A stretch of 64,000 nucleotides of DNA from positions 3,410,001 to 3,474,000 of the forward strand of contig CM106586.1 in assembly GCA_048013815.1 (NCBI GenBank). The letters are read 5' to 3'. Below, in pieces: positions 1 to 9,740 of the stretch (positions are counted from its first letter, which is position 1; each line of letters begins with the position of its first letter). The notes below the pieces were generated by a model. The model did no database searches. It was not told the DNA's origin and saw only the letters and a list, made by a program, of their open reading frames with translations. Source of the stretch: Setoptus koraiensis. Its lineage: Eukaryota; Animalia; Arthropoda. Made by a program: the position numbers and the translations under genes.

Positions 1-1183
1 TTCAAGTGAGACAAAATGTGACAAATGTGCTACCGATGAGGAACGCTCAAATGACTACGGCCAGGTAATGACTGTCATTGATCCTTTCTTGAATCTCTGC
101 TGAATCTCTGACGAATCTCTGGCGAATCTCTGGTGTGTTTCTCAGCGAAAATAAATTAAATGCTCGGAAGAGAGCGTCACAAATCGATACTGATTGTCAC
201 ATGCCGATACCATTACGACTGCCACCGACAATTGTGTTGCCGACTCTCATCTGATGCAATAATCGTCATATAGTGTAATCGTTCTTTTTTTATATCAGTT
301 GAGTTGTCAGTCTGAGAAGGAACTGCACTGCCAACTGTCCACATTTTTCGCTCACCATTTGCCGGCTGGTTGCAGACACATCTTTGGTGGTTGGTTGGTT
401 GCATCGCATGCGAAAAACTCTTTTCTCACACGACACTCAATCGATAATTGAGATCATTGTGGTGCCCCAATCTGGTTGATCCGACAGAACGCTCAGAATG
501 GCAGCGTATCTTATTTTTAGTTGGCTAAACATCATCACGCATCTCGCATGGCTCCAATCAGAGAAATAATGCCTCAAGTATAAGTACTTTCGTCACAAAG
601 GTGACAATAACTATGACTGGTCGCGCCAACAACTTATCGGCCGGCATCACTTTGCACGATGATCATCCACACAAATCAGGCAATGATCAGACAAATGCCG
701 AGGGAAAGAAAACGTCGAAAACCTTGATTGCTGATGAAAATATTGGAAACAAGGATATAGGCAGGCACCAAAGTTTCACGGTTAAATTTAAATTACCGCA
801 TATTTTAATCATTAGCCGGTACTGGAATGGCGTTGTTGGCAGACCGATGAACATATGTCTCTATTTTTAGGATGACATTTCTGCATGACAGGGTCCTATT
901 TTTTAACAGAGTCTCAGATAGCTTTCTGATGCATTGAATGGCGACAGCGAGCCGCAGACGACTGCGGTCTTGCGATCTATAATTAGAACATCCACGGATA
1001 GATTCTTCGATTCTTCCATCAGGGAGCCATACAAATCTTTCGACACTGTATTTTTGACTAAATTGCCGGTTCGTTGTGGAGCCATCATAATTTTTCAATC
1101 GGAAAATTATCTTATACATCGAAGATCGTACATCGAAGATCGTTCCAGAATTCAATTTAAATCGCATATTTTTTATTGCTAAG

Positions 1184-1984
1184 ATGCAAAGATTGACTCT
1201 ATCAGTTTTGCTGGCCATCTCGGTCTCCGGGCTACTGATTGCTGTGTGTGAAGCCGGCATATTCTCAAGAAACAAGAGTAAACAAGTCCAGATAGACCCA
1301 GAAGTAGCAGAGATGGAGTGGAAAGCAAGGCGCAAAGAGAGAATTTTGGAAAGGTACGCCGAATACGAGCAATTGAACAGTCAAACTCCCGAAGATGGTG
1401 AAAATGACGACAAAGTTGAGACTGTTGAGCAAAAATCCGATCCGAACAGAGAGTTCTTCAAGGATATCGAATTAAGCCAAGAACAGAATGACATCATAAA
1501 TGATTACAAAGTTCATGTCAAATCGTTGGTTATGGATTCATTGTTTCCTAGTGAAACTCTGACAAACCTTGTAAGTTACATTGGATCTAAGACAAGACTT
1601 TCGTTGGCCCTAGACGAAGGATTGAGTTTCGATAGGCCCTCTATCTATACTTATGTAGCCATAAGTAGATTGGATGAGGCAAAGTTGAAAGATTATGTAA
1701 GATTGGCAGGTATGCAAGAATCTGATTTGGTAGACAGTTGTAAAGACTTTTTTCAACAGAGATCCAAATATGCCTACAGCAAGCCGGATCCATCAGCCTT
1801 GGTGAAAGCCGAGATACCCGTTGAACAATTCATAGTTTTGGCTAAGGCAAATATTCCAGTTCATCTTCTTGCATATGAGGCATTATTGGCCAATTCGGAC
1901 GTATTTATTTTGGAATCATATTCGAAAGTGTGCATGTTAACTGAGGCCAAAGATCAAATCGGACCTCTAGGAACTCTATTCTAA
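1184..1984 (+). CDS. Orphan, probably secreted protein (266 aa, intronless)
   Basis: ATG-started ORF with a hydrophobic N-terminus (MQRLTLSVLLAISVSGLLIAVCEA) resembling a signal peptide and protein-like composition. No family motif recognised. Confidence 0.65.
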   Translation: MQRLTLSVLLAISVSGLLIAVCEAGIFSRNKSKQVQIDPEVAEMEWKARRKERILERYAEYEQLNSQTPEDGENDDKVETVEQKSDPNREFFKDIELSQEQNDIINDYKVHVKSLVMDSLFPSETLTNLVSYIGSKTRLSLALDEGLSFDRPSIYTYVAISRLDEAKLKDYVRLAGMQESDLVDSCKDFFQQRSKYAYSKPDPSALVKAEIPVEQFIVLAKANIPVHLLAYEALLANSDVFILESYSKVCMLTEAKDQIGPLGTLF

Positions 1985-2214
1985 CCAAACACGAAATCAT
2001 ATGATTAGCGAATATGATAATACTGGCGCACGCCACACTTCATGACCGTTAGCTCGATCATGAAATATGACGGGTGCCAATCAAATATTATATCTTCCGA
2101 ACTAATACATGTTGTCAGTTTATGTTGAATTAATGTTAATGTCAATGAGATTACTATTAAAAGCCATGAACGTGACCGTCAATTTTGAGTCTACAGATAC
2201 TCAGATAAATACAA

Positions 2215-2538
2215 CTAGTTGTTGGCTGATCTCTTGGTCGACCTTGATGGCATTCTCCCCATGCCCATACATTTCTCGAGGTGTGGCGCTAGCCTGGCAG
2301 CGGCCAAATTACGATCACAATTGGGACAGATACAATTGTACTGCTTCTTCGTCTTGGTCAATGGCTGACCAAACACATCTAAACCGGCCTCGTCCTTAAT
2401 TTTGCATGACTCATCGCCGGCGTCCGTAAATATTAATCCCATCTTAGCCGCTCGATGAATTTGTAGGCACTCACTGAATATCACATCGTCGATCAAATTA
2501 GCTAATATGTCATCTGGACTCGGGCCTGCGCTGGACAT
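2215..2538 (-). CDS. Sgf11: SAGA deubiquitination-module subunit Sgf11/ATXN7L3
   Basis: N-terminal helix LIDDVIFSECLQIHRAAKMG, the DVFGQ motif, and the zinc finger CICPNCDRNLAAARLAPHLEKCMGMGR are typical of Sgf11. Confidence 0.92.
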   Translation of the reverse strand: MSSAGPSPDDILANLIDDVIFSECLQIHRAAKMGLIFTDAGDESCKIKDEAGLDVFGQPLTKTKKQYNCICPNCDRNLAAARLAPHLEKCMGMGRMPSRSTKRSANN

Positions 2539-2924
2539 CCTGGTTCCTGTCCGAGCGATATATTCTGACGATGCCGTAAATTGAGTTTAATAATATATCC
2601 ACTGATACAATCACATTATTATGCAATATCGAAAAATGTATGATGAAATGATAGACAAAATGGTATCAGCCGACCTTTTTTCATCGGCATGCGGCTTCTG
2701 TACTGTCAGTACGCGCGTGCGTTTGTTTGTGTTTGTGTTTGCAAAAAGAAAACACGTGACTCGCTCAATCTTCTGAAATCTGATCCATTTTCATGTTCTT
2801 TTTGAAGGGGAAAATAAACAACTTTGGTGACAATTATACAAAACTAACATTAATTATTACGAATATAATTGATTTCCAGCTATCACCATCAAAGTAACCG
2901 ATCGACCAAATTATTCCATCCAAC

Positions 2925-3521
2925 ATGGCTGCTATTCATGAAAGCTGTTGCTCGAGGCGTACCACAACACCAACCTATCTATTCGATCCAGATGAACTGA
3001 CAAAATTAAAATCCTGGCCCACAATCAAGCAAGAACTTGGCAAGAACAATCTTGTCGCTCGGCCTCTTTGCTCGGACGATTGGCAAAATGGTTACGTACA
3101 ATTGTTAATTGAAGAGATGGGAGTCTTTCTTAAGATTGACTCGGACAAATTCGACTATTCGACAGATTCGAAACTATTCGACGATATGAAACAAATCAAC
3201 ATGAATGCCAGCCAGGATTGTCATGTAAGGCTTGTGATCGAGGATCCCGTTGCCAGGAAGATAGTCGGGGCATCAACATTGTTTCTCGAGTGGATCTTCG
3301 ATAGATGGGCCTTCAGAGGAACTCTTGAAGATGTTGCCGTTTTGGACAGTTACAAAAGCAAAGGAATTGGTCAAACTCTAGTTAAAATAATGGTAGATTT
3401 GACCACTGAGGTGTATCATTGCCTCAAGTTGGATTGTAGCAACAATTTATTGAACTTAGTGCCAGATGGTTGGCAAAAGACACCAGCCGGAGACGACGAG
3501 TATTCAGGTTTATTCATATGA
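2925..3521 (+). CDS. GNPNAT1: Glucosamine-6-phosphate N-acetyltransferase-like GNAT (divergent)
   Basis: LVARPLCSDDWQNGYVQLL, VIED...KIVGASTL, RGTLEDVAV, KSKGIGQTLV and LKLDC follow the GNA1 motif order. Several conserved residues differ. Confidence 0.72.
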   Translation: MAAIHESCCSRRTTTPTYLFDPDELTKLKSWPTIKQELGKNNLVARPLCSDDWQNGYVQLLIEEMGVFLKIDSDKFDYSTDSKLFDDMKQINMNASQDCHVRLVIEDPVARKIVGASTLFLEWIFDRWAFRGTLEDVAVLDSYKSKGIGQTLVKIMVDLTTEVYHCLKLDCSNNLLNLVPDGWQKTPAGDDEYSGLFI

Positions 3522-3536
3522 CGCTCAGCCCATTGA

Positions 3537-3977
3537 TTATGATTTTTCTAAATAGTTATTATATTGTGTCTCATTCATGAGTTTATCTAGCTCTTTCTCG
3601 TCGTCTAGCTTTATTTTGAAGAGCCAGCCTTGGCCATAACAATCGGTATTGACTAGAGACGGTTTCGATTCCAATTCTTCGTTCACCTCCACTATGGATC
3701 CCGACACTGGAGTTAACAACTCTGAGGCCGCTTTGACGCTCTCAATGGAGCCAACTTCGTCGAATTGCTTGTAAGATGATCCGATATCGGGGTTCTGTAC
3801 ATAAACAACATCGCCAAGGGTATCTTGAGCATGATGCGATATGCCGACGCGACCAATTTTATTTTCGTCCAACGTGATCCATTCGTGCTTCTCACTAAAA
3901 AATTTTCCACTTGACTTGAATCTTCGTTGGAACACTGAATTCCTGATGTGTGGCGTTATTAGTAACCTAATAAACAT
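3537..3977 (-). CDS. GCSH: Glycine cleavage system H protein, mitochondrial
   Basis: FSEKHEWI, VGISHHAQDTLGDVVYV, lipoyl-lysine motif IESVKAASEL, LVNTDCYGQGWLFKI, and an Arg-rich transit-peptide-like N-terminus. Confidence 0.96.
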   Translation of the reverse strand: MFIRLLITPHIRNSVFQRRFKSSGKFFSEKHEWITLDENKIGRVGISHHAQDTLGDVVYVQNPDIGSSYKQFDEVGSIESVKAASELLTPVSGSIVEVNEELESKPSLVNTDCYGQGWLFKIKLDDEKELDKLMNETQYNNYLEKS

Positions 3978-4052
3978 GTTGAAGGCTAATTTGGAGGAGA
4001 TATTGTCGAATTGGCTCGATAGTTATTTTTTCCAAGAAAATCATTTGAAATA

Positions 4053-4320
4053 GCTGTGAGCGGCGCTTTACGGGACAAACGCGCACCGCACGGTGTGCGT
4101 TTTTCAGCGGGTTTCTGCCGGGCGGCGAGCGGGTATTTGATACTGTATTAGCTCCTATACTCACAGCCGCATGATTGGCGGCTAGACATCGGATGGACAA
4201 AAATCCATTGTGAGGCACTGGGGCCCCTTTGAATTGTTGTCGCTTGAGCTGATGGCAGGGGCGTAGCCCCATACCCGGGGCGCCAATCAGGCCCGGCGGG
4301 GTACGGTAGCCGGCAACAGC
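4053..4320. other. GC-rich, hairpin-dense island; candidate unidentified ncRNA or structured 5' leader
   Basis: GCTGTGAG (4053-4060) pairs with CTCACAGC (4160-4167), and at least five local hairpins lie in an AT-richer context. No RNA family could be assigned. Confidence 0.3.
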
Positions 4321-5794
4321 AAATTAGACGCTGTAGGCTCGAACGAGTCAGCCAATGAAATTAAATCAAGATGAATGAAATCAAGATATCGATCACTCTG
4401 CCGGCTCATTTATCCAGTTGATATCATTTTATCGCCATTGTGTATCGTATGTTATTTGATCTTGATATCCCACGATGATACACATACAATGTGTATAAAT
4501 AGCTGGCGCTGACTGACAATTAGAGTCGGTTAGATTTTTGGCCAGCCCATATTGAATTCGTCACAATTACACCGATAAGATAATACAATCACGCCTCACT
4601 CATCGACACACCCGCCGACGAAAAGAGCCTCTGAAACTTTCAGAGTCTGAAACTTTCGATGAAAGTCGATCGGCAGATACGCACACGGTTGCTCATTTCT
4701 CCGCCAGGGGCGTATAAAGCCAACTGCAGAGTGAGCTAATAAATGTTGCAGCGCCGGCAGATCGGGCTAATAAGTCAATAAGTTTGAAGGGTGACGTGAA
4801 ACTTCAACTGTTTCACCCAAAGAATCACCATTGCCTGATAGACGATCTCTGGTGACCAACAAACAAAACAACCAACCAACCTCGATTGCAACAAAATTCT
4901 GAATCTAATCGAGCCGAGCAAGAAAAAATCAATGAAAAATCCGATGCAAAACGAACACTTTCCGCAATAATTTGCCAGCCCTACGCAAATATCGCCAGAG
5001 CATGTCCAGGTCCAGGAAAATACACGTCATCTTAAAGATTCCGAAACGGAAACGCGTGCATGCCGAATGGAAGGAATCAGCTCACAAGTACCTTGGCTTC
5101 TGATGGTGACTCTGATGAGATATGTAATGAGTTTTTGGTTCGTTAGACAATGCTGATCCATTGCTCGAAACGCTCGAGTAGAATCTGATCGCTAGATGAG
5201 TTGTGGTGAGATAGCTCACGCAATTTTGAGAGCGGTTTTTGCCGATCTACCGAACCGGTATCTCCCATTGGAAGATACTAGTTTGGGAGACTCCTAAACT
5301 GACGGTTCTTGGACCCTCTGACAAAATTCTCACTACTTCCGAATGACCGCCTCTTCCCGACAAATGAAGTGCAAGAGGTGGCTATTGTGGGGGTCGACTA
5401 GTGTATCGAAGACGGTTTCGCGATGTTCGAGCACTACTTCATTGTGTCCTCTTTCTCTCACGCTTACATTCATTTAGCACGCACTTAATTTCATGCATGA
5501 TGTAATATCATGGTCATGGTCATTCAGTTTATACGATCGATAGGGTTAAAGCCACCACTAATATATCACCCGCGGCGAGGAGCACGAGCTGATTAGATTG
5601 AAAATTCTCAGACGAACAGTCACGTTCTTTGTAGCTGCTAGCTGGTAACTGGGTGCTACTGTAGTAACTCAACAGCTCCAAGTGATAAATTGCCCCTAGA
5701 TCGTGGGGACAGTACGAACGTAGATCTTTATTTTGGATGCGTCTTTGAACCTGTGAATTCAGCGACAAGAATTCAGCCGCCCTATGGGGTTGCT

Positions 5795-7529
5795 CTATTC
5801 GGAGCACTTGGCACCGAGCGTCACGTGTTCCCTATCGTATTCATACACGCACAATTTGGTGGACAGAGCAAGTCGGTTTTGCAGGGATTGATCACTTCTG
5901 TATTGCACTTGCATCTTAATGTCTAACTTTGCATTTGAGCTTTGATCCTCGGAGCTATTGTAAATAGGATTGGCCGTATATGTTGCACTAGTGACTGGAT
6001 AAAATGGGCCCCTCACCTCCAACAGTCCTGTGTAATGGTAGTACGTCTTGCCAGTGTACCGGTCGCAAACGATTGGCTGTCTAATTGAGCGCTTGATTGT
6101 GATAAGCTCAGACCATTCTCTGGCGTTGTTTTCCAATGTTATTGTCCCGACATCGGGTAAACGCCAGTTGGATTTGATGTCTATTTGGGCTATGTTCTGA
6201 CAGTATGGCTCACTATCGGATGTTGATGTAAAATATGACCGATAGTTGGTTGGCTCTCTCATCCACGGGTTTCCAGGGTTCGTGAGATTGCGCTCGTTTG
6301 GTTGATCGTAGTGGGGCCACTGTTTGTATTGGATACAATTTTGTTGGTTTTGCTGGTTGTCGCAAGCTGGACAATCACCCTGCATATATTGCTCATAGTT
6401 GTCGCATTTGTAGGCTAAATATTGGCAATTGTAATCATGGGTAGAAAACAATCTTAGCATTGATATCGCGTGCGACATTATGGCGTTTCTGGCGCCCGGC
6501 TGATTGATGCCGTTGTTGAGTTGAACATCAATGTGTCCCACGGGCCTCGCTATGCCAAATCCTCCCTTGTTCGAGTGAATGGCGTCCACTCTGATGGCGT
6601 CGCCCACATCCAATCTCCCATCGGCGTCGTTGTCTTCGAAACAGGGGCCCGCGGGATCTGCATTGTGGCCAGGCAAAATAGGTCACGGACAATGGCGCAA
6701 AAATCAGATTAATTATGCTTATGTGTGTGTTTTTTTGCAAGTTTCTGCTCACAGCCAATAGCTTACCCAATCCCGTTATGTAACCCAGCTTGTATTTGCC
6801 GTTGGAGTGCTTTTTCAAGCTTTTGCCCGCCATTCCAGCAAGATGAGCGCCTAGTGGAACAGACAGGTACAGAGAGGAGAGAAATTTGTTTCAACGATAT
6901 AAGCGGCAGTGAGTCGCAACTGGAAAAAACCCACTTTTGGGGCTTTCGGGGGCCCCAAACTCACCCAGGCTGTGACCGATGAGATGAAAATGGGCGAAAT
7001 TGACGCCTGGAATAGTTTCGGCCAGTCTGTACAGGAATTGGCCCAAAAAGGCGCCCAGGGCCGGAATGGTGTAGGCTAATCTCGCGTAGCTTCTCACCAG
7101 ATTCGAGTCCTCTCGCTTGGTTATGTGCTCGTGATCGTAAGAAAACACAAACAGGTTGTAGCCCTTGTTTTTGTTTGTTACTGTTGCAATGGGCAGCTCG
7201 TACATTATGTGATCCTGCCAGGCGAGCCGTTTGTTGGGCCATTTGTTTTGAAAGCCGTGCACGAGAATTTTAGTTGGCCAGTCCGGCTTGAAATTGGCCA
7301 ACTTTTTCAGTATGTCCGCCCTCGTGTCCCCATAGTACAATTTCTCGTGATCCTCTCTAAAGTCCCTGGCGTGTTCGCCGGCCTCAATTTGCATAAAATG
7401 CACTATGGGCTCCAGATCCACGGACAGGTCCAGAGGGCCCTCCTCGAAGTGTTCACAAATGCCTGTTCCGTCGGCGCTGCCAACTTGGGCGGTGGTTCGG
7501 TGATTGAGACGATGTGCGACGATATTCAA
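5795..7529 (-). CDS. Pancreatic-lipase-family triacylglycerol lipase/phospholipase, spliced
   Basis: Exons ~7529-6965 (ILVHGF...HLIGHSLG), 6850-6767 (AHLAGMAG...YITGL) and 6657-5795 (DPAGPCF...VDAIHSN...GHIDV...NQPG...SHAIS). GT-AG junctions are in phase 1. The Ser/Asp/His triad candidates are all present. The 5' boundary is uncertain. Confidence 0.88.
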
Positions 7530-7547
7530 AATTCACTGGTTAGTAAA

Positions 7548-7925
7548 TTATAATGTTTGTTGAACCATTAGTGATAAATAACTTGCAAAATAATTTCTAT
7601 CATGCTTACTTAGGGCAATGGAGAACATCACGGGCAGAACTTTGGCTATGTTTACAGCCTCTTTTGCGGCGCCCACGCTATTTTTGAGCACATCATCCCT
7701 GGGAAGCTGGACATCTGGGAAATTGGGAATGTTGGACAATTGAATATTGGGAAACTGGACGTTGGGCAATTGAATATTGGGAAACTGGACGCTGGGCAAC
7801 TGAATGTCGAGCACGTTGAAATTGGGCGCGTTGAAATTGGGCGCATTGAAATTGGGCAATTCGAAGCGGGGCAACTCGAAGTTGGGCAAATTGAAATTGG
7901 GAAAGTTGAAATTGGGGGCCCCCAT
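7548..7925 (-). CDS. Pentapeptide-repeat (PNFxx/PNVQF) ORF, probable 5' exon of the lipase
   Basis: MGAPNFNFPNFNLPNFELPRFELPNFNAPNFNAPNF...QFPNIQLPNVQFPNIQL, with a GTAAGC donor near 7610 directly upstream of the lipase exon. In-frame joining was not fully resolved. Confidence 0.45.
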   Translation of the reverse strand: MGAPNFNFPNFNLPNFELPRFELPNFNAPNFNAPNFNVLDIQLPSVQFPNIQLPNVQFPNIQLSNIPNFPDVQLPRDDVLKNSVGAAKEAVNIAKVLPVMFSIALSKHDRNYFASYLSLMVQQTL

Positions 7926-9740
7926 CTTGGCTCATCAAGACTGGTATCCGAGCGTGAGCCCCAATGATCGACGAATGACAGCAGTGTCAAAGTATGCAGT
8001 GTTGTCAATGTGACTCAATTATCTTATTCGGTGGACCAGACAATTTACCGGGTGCACTGGAACTCGAAACATCACCGAAATATTGTCTGAATGAAGCCGC
8101 ACAGTGACAGATTGGCACGCTAGTGCTATATTTAGAGCTTTTGTTGCAAGATATACACTTCGAATGAGACATTCGTAGTGTAGTTGTGCAAATATGATGA
8201 AAATATGATTTCATGTTTAGGCATGTTTTTAGCCGGTACAGACCATGCAAAACTGAAGTGTTTAGCCGAAAATGGCACCCAAAATAGCTGCAGATGTTGA
8301 AGTCACGCACTGTGATAGTCATTAGATAGCCGCGTGAATCTCACTCGCAGTTTGCCCAGTCTCCACAAAGACAACCGAAGAAAAGACAATCACGAAATAC
8401 CCCAGAACAGGCTGCCCCCGAAACAACTCTCCAATTGTTGCCACAATTCAATGACTTTCTTTTTTGTCTTTTCAAGCTGTGGGCTGCAATTTGAAATTGG
8501 TTCAACTGTCTCGAATCTGGCCCCACTTTGGACTTGTCGCACTTCTCGTATCGCAGCAACGTGATATTGTGTGAAACTGTGTGTTTGGATATCGTATTGG
8601 CCGTTTCATCTCAGCACAGTCATCTAATTGATAGATAGCAGACGGAAGCAGAATTGGCGAGCCGATCTCTAGTTGCGAACAGTACGTTGGGCGAAGCATT
8701 GTATTTTTTGCTGGCTGCCGGCTCGCTAAGGTGCATCTGAATCACTTGTTGCGTCGATCGGTGAGGCCCCCCTTTTTTGTGCTCATCATATGAGCCAAAT
8801 CAATCGAAACATCGTCTATGGGGCGCTGGGGGTACGATCTGGAGATTCGACAGATTCCGAAGCGGCTATAAGAAGAGCCACATGCCACTGACAAAATCAG
8901 CATGTTTGCAGAGAATATCAGTTTATCGGACGTGCATATTTCACAAGTCTCGCGACGACTATCGTTCTGGGGTCGCTTCTTGGATTATTCAGGTGAATGT
9001 GAGAAAGAGAAAAAAGATTTCGATCATGAGATTGTCTCATCCTTAGCGCCTCGTTGTTATGAGCGTAGCTGGCTTGAATAGAGAGATGCGATGCAGTGTA
9101 GAGATTTTTTTAGAGCGGCTTCAGAGCCTTGAATGAAAAAGAATTCTGAAAATTCCATTGTTGAAGTGAGATGAAAATACATCGGAGTGATGGTATTTCG
9201 GGATTCTGTATCTGTATCAGCGCTAGCTGTTTGACGATAAGTGATGTCACCACAACAACTTGCTAGCACAGTGCATTCAACTATTCGTGCATTCATATTT
9301 TTTCTCAAACCAGATCAATATATCACCAGCCATCGACTGTACATATACAGCGGTTTATAAGTGTTTAGAAAGCGGAGAAATATCGCCTATATCACACATA
9401 TCATGGGCAACAGTATATATATTTTTTTAATACACAAATAGGTACAGATGTTTTGTGTTGTTGCTCGCAGTTCTAGATTTATGAATGCTTTGATTCGGGC
9501 CTGAGCTAAATCAGTCGAAACGGCTAAATCCATATAGGGCACACCGATAAGTGACAAACTAAACCACTGTGTGGGCAAATGTCAAATATTCTCATAGCAT
9601 CCAGATAATATCCAGATAAAACTTTCCAGTTAAATAGCATACACACACGACAGAAAGCACAAGTTAATATTTTATTTGGACCGAACAGAAACACAAATAG
9701 AGTGGTCAGATAATAAATTTTTGGTGTTTATGAACAAAAC

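Noticed and set aside
449-461. TGAGATCATTGTG matches the 5' 13 nt of bantam miRNA
   Set aside because: The 3' half does not match, and the flank folds only into a 6-bp stem with a 5-nt loop, not a precursor.
4053-4320. Glycine riboswitch upstream of GCSH
   Set aside because: The conserved GGAGA/CCGAAG/CUCAGG-type aptamer motifs are absent and the context is eukaryotic.
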